Of a DNA stretch of 64,000 nucleotides, positions 19,371-28,276 are shown in pieces; the stretch's first letter is position 1; each line of letters begins with the position of its first letter. Source of the DNA: an uncultured bacterium. Its GTDB lineage: Bacteria > Hydrogenedentota > Hydrogenedentia > Hydrogenedentales > JAEUWI01. The notes beneath the pieces are model-generated. The model searched no databases. It was given only the letters and a program-made list of their open reading frames with translations, and was not told the DNA's origin. The translations under genes and the position numbers were made by a program. The DNA lies in the NCBI GenBank assembly GCA_963977445.1, contig CAXBPH010000002.1, forward strand, positions 1-64,000, in the 5' to 3' direction.

Positions 19371-21182
19371 TTAGAAGGTAGGCGTTTTCCGCAATGCTTC
19401 TTCGATGACCTCTGCCATGGTTGCGATCAAATAGGGTTTCAGCAGAAATCCAGAGGGGCTCAGGTGGGGGGCGGTCGGCTCGGAGATGGCGTGGTCAAAA
19501 TCGCCGCTGGAGAGGATGACCGGTAGAGCGGGATTTATTTTTCGCAGGCAGGCCAATGTTTCGTGTCCGCTCATACCCGTCATGTTGACATCGATGACCG
19601 CGAGAATAATGTCGTCGGAAGCGTGCTCATAGGCCGCCACGGCCGACGTCCCACATGCTGCAGTTACCGAGGCGTATCCAAGTTTCTTCAACATGGCGGC
19701 ACCCAGACTGCGTAGCAGGGGCTCGTCGTCTACCAACAGGATCATCGGGTTTTCTGGCTTTTTTGCCGTAGCCGTCACACCTGAAAAATCATTTCCGACG
19801 AAATCCGACGGGAGGGGTAGGTAGAGGTTTACGGTCGTGCCATTTCCGGGCTCACTTTCAATATCGGTCCAACCATCATGCTGTTGAGCAATGTGGAATG
19901 CCGTAGTCAGACCGAGCCCCGTGCCGCCTGATTTGGTGGTGAAAAAAGGATTGTTGGCTTGCGCGGCCACCTCGGGAGACATGCCCATGCCGCTATCAGA
20001 AACAAATGCGCGAAGAAATGCACGTTCTCCGGGCTCCCCCCAAGGGCCGGGTTGCTCGTGAGCAATACGAACGACTTCGGCACCGATTCTGACCCAATTC
20101 TTTTTATGCGGGGTGGTATTATTCTGATGGAGTGCGTCCAGCGCATTCATACACAGGTTTAAGAAAAGTTGGTGGAGCCGCGCGCCATCGCCCTGTATGG
20201 CAGGAAGATCATGGGGGACCTGGACGGATATGTCCAGGCCTGCTTCATGTTGATTGCGCAGCATGGTGCGCACCTCGTGAAAGACTTCTTTCAACGTGAC
20301 CAGACCGTTGCATCGCGGGGTGGTCGCTGCACGGGCAAAGGTGGTAATGCGCTCGACGATGGCCGCGCTTTCGATGCTGGACCGTCGTGCTTCAGAAATC
20401 AGATCGCGTGATGTTTCCAGCGGATTTTGCAAGAGGGCGCGGTCCAGCGTGCCCACAATCTGATTGAGATGATCTCCGAGCTCCGCGGCCATTCCCCGGG
20501 CCATTTCACCAATCGCATGGAGTCGCTCGACATGGAGATACAGCGGGTGTTCGTGATGGTTGGAAGCGTCACGGTGCGCGCCCGCTGCAGAGGGTGATAT
20601 AGAATTGGCCTGGGCCGCGGCAATCAATGCGCTCGCACGCTGTGCCAGCAACCAACCGCACTGCTCCCGGTCGGGGGAGAAATAGCCGGGGCTACTGTGA
20701 CTCAGGTTCAGAACGCCAAGGAGTTCATCATTTGCGATGAGAGGGTAACAAAGCAGTGACCGTATGTTGACGGGGCTGTCCGGAATGAAGAGGAAATCCG
20801 GGTTGCACTCGGTATCATCCACACGCACGTGACGCCGCCGCGCAGCAACCTTTCCCGCGATGCCTTCGTCCAAGGCAAATTGTTTTCCCTGCCACGCGTC
20901 GAGGGGAAGAGAATAGCCTTGATGGGCGTAGCGTGTGCCAATGGCTCGCAAGACCAGTCGCCCCGTGTGGGCATTGAAAAACATTACAGAGCACTGCTCG
21001 GCACCATCTTCACGGGCAATTGAACCCACCAATCGCGCACAGATATCTTCCGGGAGCGTGCAGGTTGGGTCGAGCCCTTCCAATTGGCGGAGTATGCCCA
21101 AGTCCCGGATAAGCGCCTCGTAGCGGGCTGCCAACTCCACGGAAGCTGCGTCGCGACCGCTGTCTTGCGTTGTGTCCTTCAT
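19371..21182 (-). CDS. GAF-HATPase-REC hybrid sensor kinase with degenerate H-box
   Basis: GAF (EGIAGKV, SLLCYPL); N-box NLCMNALDA, G1 DSGMGM, G2 GTGLGL; REC LVDDE...KPY. Confidence 0.8.
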   Translation of the reverse strand: MKDTTQDSGRDAASVELAARYEALIRDLGILRQLEGLDPTCTLPEDICARLVGSIAREDGAEQCSVMFFNAHTGRLVLRAIGTRYAHQGYSLPLDAWQGKQFALDEGIAGKVAARRRHVRVDDTECNPDFLFIPDSPVNIRSLLCYPLIANDELLGVLNLSHSSPGYFSPDREQCGWLLAQRASALIAAAQANSISPSAAGAHRDASNHHEHPLYLHVERLHAIGEMARGMAAELGDHLNQIVGTLDRALLQNPLETSRDLISEARRSSIESAAIVERITTFARAATTPRCNGLVTLKEVFHEVRTMLRNQHEAGLDISVQVPHDLPAIQGDGARLHQLFLNLCMNALDALHQNNTTPHKKNWVRIGAEVVRIAHEQPGPWGEPGERAFLRAFVSDSGMGMSPEVAAQANNPFFTTKSGGTGLGLTTAFHIAQQHDGWTDIESEPGNGTTVNLYLPLPSDFVGNDFSGVTATAKKPENPMILLVDDEPLLRSLGAAMLKKLGYASVTAACGTSAVAAYEHASDDIILAVIDVNMTGMSGHETLACLRKINPALPVILSSGDFDHAISEPTAPHLSPSGFLLKPYLIATMAEVIEEALRKTPTF

Positions 21183-21203
21183 CGAATGACCTGACTACCC
21201 ATT

Positions 21204-22076
21204 CTACGCCTCCCGAAGCATGCCGAGGAGGGCCTGACCATCTTCTTTCATCAACGCGAGGGTGTCGCAGATTTCTGCGACCTGGCCCAATTCCAGGCCC
21301 AACGACATCACCCGACCTTCATTGAGCGAAATACCCGTCGTGTCTCCACCCTGACCAAAATCTGCAATACGAGCCATATCACTGGCCAGCGACACAATCA
21401 GGACTTCCTTGCGATAGGAGCCGTCGTGACGCTCAGGTTCATTGGCGTGGCGAACGGAAGCAACAATAATTTCGGGGAAGCTCCAGCGTTGGGCGAGCCA
21501 ACCGCCGACCTCGTTATGGTCCGTCTGGAGCATGCGTTGCTCCATTACCGCCAGCGGGACACCTTCTGCGATTGCCGCATCAACCACGACGTCATATTCC
21601 TGCTGCAGCGTCAGTGCCAGCACAAATTTTCCCAGATCGTGAAGGAGGCCACCGGTAAAGCAGGCTTCAGGCATGGCAATCTGCCGCGTACTGAAGGCGA
21701 GTAATTGTGCCGCCTTTGCGCTTCCCAGTGCATGCATCCAGAAGTCATCGGGATCAAAACTCGATTGTTTTTTACTGGCGAGACTGTCGAGGACGCAGGT
21801 GGCCAGCGCCAGTTGTTTGACCGCCTCAAAACCTACCGTGACAATCGCCCGATGAATACTATCGACTTCAAAACGAGAACCAAAGAACGGGGAATTGGCC
21901 AGTCGAAGAACCCGGGCAGAGATGATGGGATCGGCAGAAAGAATATTGGTGATATCTTCTGCACACGATGCTTCGTCTTCCAGGGTTTCCAGGATGCGCC
22001 CCATTACCGCAGGTAACGTTGGCAATCCGTCAAGTGATTGAATTCGCTTCAATGCCTTGCTCTGGCTAAGCGTCAT
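21204..22076 (-). CDS. HDOD domain protein
   Basis: LPTLP, DPIISARVLRLANSPFFG, FWMH, GLLHDLGK, WSFP. Confidence 0.88.
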   Translation of the reverse strand: MTLSQSKALKRIQSLDGLPTLPAVMGRILETLEDEASCAEDITNILSADPIISARVLRLANSPFFGSRFEVDSIHRAIVTVGFEAVKQLALATCVLDSLASKKQSSFDPDDFWMHALGSAKAAQLLAFSTRQIAMPEACFTGGLLHDLGKFVLALTLQQEYDVVVDAAIAEGVPLAVMEQRMLQTDHNEVGGWLAQRWSFPEIIVASVRHANEPERHDGSYRKEVLIVSLASDMARIADFGQGGDTTGISLNEGRVMSLGLELGQVAEICDTLALMKEDGQALLGMLREA

Positions 22077-22209
22077 GAAGTACTCCCGCCCTACCAGCGT
22101 CACGCTGGCCGCCTGATCTGTCTCACAATAAATCCCATGTGACCTGATATGCGAGAACTACTTGAAGTATACAACAAAACTTTAAAGACGGCCAATGATT
22201 TCTACATAC

Positions 22210-22231
22210 TTTGTACACAATAGTGTACAAA
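22210..22231. promoter_or_regulatory. Perfect AT-rich inverted repeat, candidate operator
   Basis: tttgtacac-aata-gtgtacaaa, upstream of the HDOD/kinase pair. Confidence 0.4.
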
Positions 22232-22388
22232 AACCATGTCGATAGGAGAGTTTGTCGGATTGGAGTCGGGCCGAGCCTCCTTTGTCAGTCATTGCCCATT
22301 CAATTAATCGATATTAGAGAAATAGGCTTCGAATCGGACGGTGCGAGTCCCGGAATGGGAATGGGAATGCGCAGACGAAGGACAAGGC

Positions 22389-22919
22389 TCAGGAAGTGGT
22401 GCGGCTATCGTAGACGGCGAGGAGTTCGCGATGAACGCTGAAGGGCATGGGCGGGCGAGACAGCTTCGGAAAGAAGCGGACTTCCATGGCATCCGTATCG
22501 GGTCGCATGTCCTCTTCACCGCTCCAGTCACTTATGATGAAGCCCAAGACCATGACGGCGCCCACGTTGGGACTCTGCTTGGTACTGACACCGAGCAATT
22601 CGGCACAGGTGGCGCGCAGGTTCGTTTCTTCGTGGAGTTCACGCAGTGCCGCCTCTTCCGCCGTCTCCCCCAATTCGATAAAACCACCCGGCAGCGTCCA
22701 CTCCCCTTTGCAAGGCTCCACGGCCCGACGGGTGAAAAGTAACTCATCGTTAGCGCGGGCCACGAAACAGCACGCCGCCGGGACGGGATTGCGATAGAAA
22801 TATCGGGCACACGGCGGACAATGGGGTTGGACACTCTGCCCATCGTGACTGGGTACAAGTGCGGTTCCGCAGGTGCTGCAAAAATTCCATGCGAAGGGTT
22901 TTGGCGTGATGTAGGTCAT
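22389..22919 (-). CDS. NUDIX hydrolase with N-terminal zinc ribbon
   Basis: CSTCG...CPPC; Nudix box GGFIELGETAEEAALRELHEETNL. Confidence 0.9.
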   Translation of the reverse strand: MTYITPKPFAWNFCSTCGTALVPSHDGQSVQPHCPPCARYFYRNPVPAACCFVARANDELLFTRRAVEPCKGEWTLPGGFIELGETAEEAALRELHEETNLRATCAELLGVSTKQSPNVGAVMVLGFIISDWSGEEDMRPDTDAMEVRFFPKLSRPPMPFSVHRELLAVYDSRTTS

Positions 22920-23079
22920 AGCGTCATGCTATCAGGATAGACAAAAACACGCAAATTCCTGCCTTGTCCGTGCTTGGCATCCGTTGGGTTTTCTTGTATT
23001 ATTGTAGTACTTTCAGACTACGGCATAAGTTGGGAAACGCCCCCTTTTGGGAAGAGGACCGTGATTCGGGAGAGAGCTA

Positions 23080-23994
23080 TTGGAGGCCAGAGAAAGTAGA
23101 CGGCGTTTTGAGGAGGCGGATATGCTATTTCGGTCGGCGCGCTATGAAGAAGCATTGGTTGTGCTGCGTGACCTGAACAGGACGTATCCGAATGCGAAGA
23201 ATGTCTTGTTTCCCATGGCGATGTGTCTGGAGCAACTCCAGCGCGGTCAGGAGGCGCTCCCGCTGTGTGAATTGCTGTGGGCTCGTTTTCAGGACCATCG
23301 TGCATTGGAAATGCAGCTCCGCTTGCGGCCTTCGCAGACGGATCTGTCGTTAGAGACGATCGACTTTCACAGGAACTATGCCCTGCCCGACTTGGGGTCG
23401 TTCCAGACCATAGCGGTGCCATCGCAAGAAGAAGAGAAGATTCCCCCGTGGAAAATTGCGGTCATTTCGATTGCAGGCCTGGTCGCCGTTCTGCTGTTGC
23501 TCTTTCTTCCGTTCTTGCTACAGGGCTCCGGTGTCGAGCCGGGTGCGGAGGTTTCAGACGGCCCGACCACCGATCCGGCATGGACGTTGATGGAAGCCGG
23601 TTTCTTTCTGATTGGTCTGGTGTTGTTTCAATGGATGGGAACTGCCGTGGCCTCCATCGCGCTGGGCACGGTGAAGAAACTGCCGGAAAACACCATATCC
23701 GGCGTGCTATTTCATGTGGGTATGACCCTGTTCGCAGCCAACTGTATTTCAGCGATCCTGACGCTACTCCTCGTGGCGTGCGCACCGCTCTATCTCCTGG
23801 CCACATCGTTTGTGGTTGAGCATGTGGTGATGCTGATCGTGTTTTCCTACACCTACCGATTCTCCATCGGCGATAGCATTGTTTTCTTTGGATTTTTCTT
23901 CATTTTTATGTGCGTAACGGCATTTGTACTCACGCTATTCCTGGGGACTGGAGCCGGGTTCGTCGCGCTGCTGTTTGCTGTGGCTTTGGGGTGA
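23080..23994 (+). CDS. TPR-like N-domain multi-pass membrane protein, paralog 1
   Basis: Helical TPR-like repeats followed by several TM helices; similar to 24078-24977. Confidence 0.7.
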   Translation: MEARESRRRFEEADMLFRSARYEEALVVLRDLNRTYPNAKNVLFPMAMCLEQLQRGQEALPLCELLWARFQDHRALEMQLRLRPSQTDLSLETIDFHRNYALPDLGSFQTIAVPSQEEEKIPPWKIAVISIAGLVAVLLLLFLPFLLQGSGVEPGAEVSDGPTTDPAWTLMEAGFFLIGLVLFQWMGTAVASIALGTVKKLPENTISGVLFHVGMTLFAANCISAILTLLLVACAPLYLLATSFVVEHVVMLIVFSYTYRFSIGDSIVFFGFFFIFMCVTAFVLTLFLGTGAGFVALLFAVALG

Positions 23995-24077
23995 AAAGCG
24001 CCCCGGAGAATTAAGAGCGTAACGAATAGGACGATCAGCGTGGTCAGACGCTGAAGGGAAGAAGGGAGGGACGTAGC

Positions 24078-24977
24078 ATGGATACGGCTACAAGTCGAGA
24101 GAAGTTCAAAGAGGCCGATGCCTTGTTTCGCGCCGGTGATTACCAACCGGCACTGACGGTTCTGGAAGCATTGAATCGGTATCACCCGAATCAGAAAAAC
24201 ATACTTTACCCGGCCGCCATGTGCCTCGATAAACTCGGGCGTTCTAAGGAGGCCCTGCCTATCTGCACCCAACTCATTCAAAGCTTCCAAGACCCCCGGG
24301 CCAGCGCGTTGAAGTTGGAAATAGAAAATCGTTCTCAGGAATCAGGAAGCACTTCCGGTGGTGTCCTTTCTGGACTGGAGATGGAGAGTTTGATGGGGCC
24401 GGACATCCTGGACATGCCAACCACCAACGTGCCCTACGCGCCGGTAGAGCCCGAAGAGGTTCCCTGGCTCAAGTATGGACTCATCGCATTGGCTGTTGTT
24501 GTTGCGCTCGTCATTTTTTTTGTTCCGCTCATGACGTATGAACCGCCGCCTCCCGGTAGCGAACCTGAAGTGGTGGCTCAGGCACCCCAAGCAGCAACAC
24601 CCCAGGCAGCGACAGACGTGCCGGTGGATACGACGATGATTTGGGTCGGTTGGGCGGCCTGTTTTTTGACCGCTGTTTCCTTTCAGGTCGCCGGCGTCTA
24701 TCTCGCCTTGATGTTAATGCGATCATTGCCCTTCGAAGACGCGCCCAGCAATTTGTTCAATGTGGGCTTGACCATTTTTTTTATCAGCCTCATCGAGCTG
24801 TCCCGCTATGCCATTGTCCTGGTGCCCTTCTACTTCAGTCGGGCCTATGATCTGGGCATTGGCGGTGTCCTATTCGTTTATGTACTCCGCATAATATTTG
24901 GCGCGATTGGCCTCGTGCTGGGTATCGCTATATTTATTGGAAGCATCGCATCAGTATTCGGTAGTGCGACGTTTTGA
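24078..24977 (+). CDS. TPR-like N-domain multi-pass membrane protein, paralog 2
   Basis: First ~80 aa align with the previous ORF; ggagg RBS. Confidence 0.7.
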   Translation: MDTATSREKFKEADALFRAGDYQPALTVLEALNRYHPNQKNILYPAAMCLDKLGRSKEALPICTQLIQSFQDPRASALKLEIENRSQESGSTSGGVLSGLEMESLMGPDILDMPTTNVPYAPVEPEEVPWLKYGLIALAVVVALVIFFVPLMTYEPPPPGSEPEVVAQAPQAATPQAATDVPVDTTMIWVGWAACFLTAVSFQVAGVYLALMLMRSLPFEDAPSNLFNVGLTIFFISLIELSRYAIVLVPFYFSRAYDLGIGGVLFVYVLRIIFGAIGLVLGIAIFIGSIASVFGSATF

Positions 24978-25005
24978 GGCCCATTGAACGGTCGGGCGTC
25001 GTGAT

Positions 25006-28000
25006 TTATGCTGAGGGCTTGGGTTGGCCCGTTACGCCTTGCAGGGGGAGCCACAGTACGACGGTCGTGCCTTCACCGATCGTGCTGAAGAACTTCAGGC
25101 CTCCGTTATGTTTTGTCATGATGTCATGGGCAATGGGCACGCCGAGCCCAATGCCAAAACCCCGGGTGCTGTAGAGGGGCTCGAATATTTTCACCAAATC
25201 TTCTTGCGCAATACCCGGACCGTTGTCGATAACGTGCAATTCATAGCGGTCTTCCAGGAAGCAGTTTCGCAAGGTGATCCGCCTACCGTCGATGGCGTTC
25301 TCCAAGAGCGATTGCACGGCGTTGTTGACGACATTGATCACGGCCCGTCGAAACTCTTCGGGGTCAAAATGTACGACTCGGTCACACTGAAGATCGAAAT
25401 CCACCTTGATCGCGTTGGGCACGTCAAGGTCCTCGATAATCTGTTTGATCCATAGAGGAGACTGAACCGGCTCCAGACGGAGTGCACGATTGCGGGTGAA
25501 GTCGAGGAGTTCCTCTATTATCCGGTCGCAGCGCACGATGCTTCTCTCACTGCGCTCGAGGGCGCGCTCCAGATCCAGGCCAGCCTCACGTACCTTTCGG
25601 GCAATCAGATAGAGGGTACCCTTCAGGGTGCCCAGTGGGTTTCTCAATTCGTGACTCACTACGGCGGTTATTTGCCCCATAGTGGCCAGGCGCTCCTGGC
25701 GCACCAGCGCGCGCTGCGCTTCTTCGAGTGCCTGGGTTCGTTCTTCCACCAGGCCTTCCAATTGCTCGAAGTGTAGATTCAGTCGTTTTTCCGCCTGGAT
25801 TCGTTCCCGAATTTCCGACATGAGTTGCTTGTTGGATTCGGAAAGTGCGGCCTCGTTGAACCTCAATGCCTGATAGGTTCGCGCCCGCTGCACCAGGGCC
25901 GCAATGACGACGGATAGGAGGAAGAGGGTTCCCAGCACGAGAGGTGGGTATTGCCAAAGCGGGCGGTCCACCCGAAAGTCTACCGTCGCCGGGGTTGGGT
26001 CTTCATTGCGATCCCTGTCAACGGCGGCCACTTCCAGTGTATAGGCGCCCGAAGAAAGGGGTGTCGTAACCAACGTGGTTTTTGAATCGTAATTGCTCCA
26101 CGACGTCAGGGGTGTGCCATCCTTTCCGTTCAAGAGACGCCAGGAATACAGAAGCTCGTGGGTCGGTGTCTCTTCCCAGGCATCGTGGGCGGAGAAGAAA
26201 AAAGTTCCAATCCCGTGGTTTGGTACACGGCGATTGGGTGCGACAACGGTCGTTTCCGGCGGGACTCGGTCGGGGGTGTAAAGATACGTAAATTCGTTGT
26301 TCGCGTTGACCCAGAGCCGATGATCCTGCCCTTCGACTAGATTGCGAATGGCCGCGTTGGGCAGGCCCGTATCATAAGCGAAGTTCAACCACCGATTATC
26401 GCGAAACGACGCAAGCCCCACACGCCGATACGCAACCCACACGGTCCCATCGCTGCATTCTTTTATCAACGAGATGGAATGATGATCCAATCCGTCTTTT
26501 GAACCAATTTGGCGGAAATGCCCATCAGACAGAACGTAGATTCCCGAGCCATGGCTTCCAAACCAAAGTTCACCGTTACTCATGGCACCGATGGTGTGAA
26601 TCTCATCGTCAGGAACGAGACCCTCTGCTTCGCCATACCGGGTAACGACGCCGTGGTCCCACCGCTCTATTTCACCGTTCAACCCGATGTAGAAGACACC
26701 GGGCTCTACTTCGTATGCGGTATAGGCCCATCGCCTATCGTAGGCCGGATCTTTGGGAACGCGAACCCATTGGTCACCATTGAGTTCGTGTATGCCGTCT
26801 TCGGCGAAAAACCAGATGGCACCGGCCTGGGTCCGGAAGAGATCGGCCCGCTCATTTTTTTCGGGCAGGTCAACTACGCTGACCGTGGTGCCCGAGTCTG
26901 GGTCGATCGCGAGCAACTGTTTGCTCGAAAGACCCCAGAGCACGGTATCGCCGGGGAAGGACCAAAAACTGTCGAAAGGATCGGTCGCTTCGATTTGGCC
27001 CTGGGTGACCCATGAATCACCTTGAAGGTGTGCGACATCCAGATTGCTTCGAATCGAGATCAAGGCACCGGCCTGCCTGGGGCTTTCCAGCAAGGCCAGG
27101 GTCCCATGGTCTTTTTCACCCGTGACGGCGACTCTCCACGAGGGTAAGGCACCACGGATCAGGCCTTCCCGCGTGCCGACCCATGCGACGCCATCGGTTG
27201 AAACGTGGAGGCACGTGATGTCTGGCGAGCCGACTCCGGCACCCAGATCAATCCGTTGAACCTCCTCGCCCTGGCGTTGAAAGAGTCCCGACTCGGTGCC
27301 CACGTAGATAGTTCCATCGACGTTGGAATACAGCGTGTGCACAGACGCGGGCACATCGGCTACAGGCTTCCATGCGCCATTCTGCAGGTGATAGATGGTC
27401 CGCCCATTATTCAGCGCGGCCCAGAGCCCGTGGTCTTCGCCGGGTTGGTCGATCCAGGTAATTAACTTGACGGCGCGATCGTTGCTAAAGGCTTGGAGTC
27501 CGTTTTCGTCCAACGAGGCCCAACCACCGTGGCGAAATGTGAACCAGAGTGTTCCGGAGGGCGTTTCCACGATACGACTGATTCGATTGGTCGCGTCGGC
27601 ATCTCCCGACTGGATAACCGTCCAGCGGGTAGGGTCATTTCTGAAGGCCTCCAGGGGGGCGTCAATGTCGGAGACTTGAAGTATGGTCCCATCATACAGG
27701 CCTAAAATCAGCGAGTTTCCCAAGCTAGCGTGAATCTGCTGGACGTTTCCGTTGGGCAGGCCCGGCGTATTTTCTGGCGTGAAGGCATGGAGAATGCCCT
27801 CACGAATACAAGCGAGCCCCTTGGTGGTGCTGATCCACAGGGTACCGTCCTGGGCGAGACTGAGTCGGCGGACCCAGTTGGAGGGCAGCCCATCGGTGGT
27901 TTTGTACATTTTCCATTCGGTGCCGTCCACCGACAGCAGCCCGCTGCCCCAGGTGGAAATCCAGACTTGACCGTGTCCATCCTCCAAAATGTCGCGAACA

Positions 28001-28197
28001 TTTGGTTGTGGCGGCCCTTCAGGAACGGGCAGACGTCGGAAGTTCCAGGGAGTTAACGGTGCCGCACTTAGCGCGCAAGGAAAAGCCAGGCTACATAGTA
28101 CGCACAACAGAAACTTGGAATGCCAAAGGCGTCGGGACGAAATTTTCTCCCGGTATCGACTGCGGTTGACTCGATAGATAGATCTGAATTGCCCCAC
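25006..28197 (-). CDS. Sensor histidine kinase with periplasmic beta-propeller (Reg_prop) and Y_Y_Y-like domain
   Basis: Repeats such as DGLPSNWVRRLS..DGTLWIST; TM helix; H-box SHELRNPL, N-box NVVNNA, DNGPGI, GIGLG; start uncertain. Confidence 0.85.
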   Translation of the reverse strand: MGQFRSIYRVNRSRYREKISSRRLWHSKFLLCVLCSLAFPCALSAAPLTPWNFRRLPVPEGPPQPNVRDILEDGHGQVWISTWGSGLLSVDGTEWKMYKTTDGLPSNWVRRLSLAQDGTLWISTTKGLACIREGILHAFTPENTPGLPNGNVQQIHASLGNSLILGLYDGTILQVSDIDAPLEAFRNDPTRWTVIQSGDADATNRISRIVETPSGTLWFTFRHGGWASLDENGLQAFSNDRAVKLITWIDQPGEDHGLWAALNNGRTIYHLQNGAWKPVADVPASVHTLYSNVDGTIYVGTESGLFQRQGEEVQRIDLGAGVGSPDITCLHVSTDGVAWVGTREGLIRGALPSWRVAVTGEKDHGTLALLESPRQAGALISIRSNLDVAHLQGDSWVTQGQIEATDPFDSFWSFPGDTVLWGLSSKQLLAIDPDSGTTVSVVDLPEKNERADLFRTQAGAIWFFAEDGIHELNGDQWVRVPKDPAYDRRWAYTAYEVEPGVFYIGLNGEIERWDHGVVTRYGEAEGLVPDDEIHTIGAMSNGELWFGSHGSGIYVLSDGHFRQIGSKDGLDHHSISLIKECSDGTVWVAYRRVGLASFRDNRWLNFAYDTGLPNAAIRNLVEGQDHRLWVNANNEFTYLYTPDRVPPETTVVAPNRRVPNHGIGTFFFSAHDAWEETPTHELLYSWRLLNGKDGTPLTSWSNYDSKTTLVTTPLSSGAYTLEVAAVDRDRNEDPTPATVDFRVDRPLWQYPPLVLGTLFLLSVVIAALVQRARTYQALRFNEAALSESNKQLMSEIRERIQAEKRLNLHFEQLEGLVEERTQALEEAQRALVRQERLATMGQITAVVSHELRNPLGTLKGTLYLIARKVREAGLDLERALERSERSIVRCDRIIEELLDFTRNRALRLEPVQSPLWIKQIIEDLDVPNAIKVDFDLQCDRVVHFDPEEFRRAVINVVNNAVQSLLENAIDGRRITLRNCFLEDRYELHVIDNGPGIAQEDLVKIFEPLYSTRGFGIGLGVPIAHDIMTKHNGGLKFFSTIGEGTTVVLWLPLQGVTGQPKPSA

Positions 28198-28276
28198 GAC
28201 GATTGGCGTGCTCCCATTGGTTTTTATGGTTGCCTACGACTGGAATCAGTGTACCACACGAATATCGTTTTAAGCG

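Noticed and set aside
22358..22370. ggaatg x3 micro-repeat near 22352-22369
   Set aside because: Too short and intergenic, with no evidence of function
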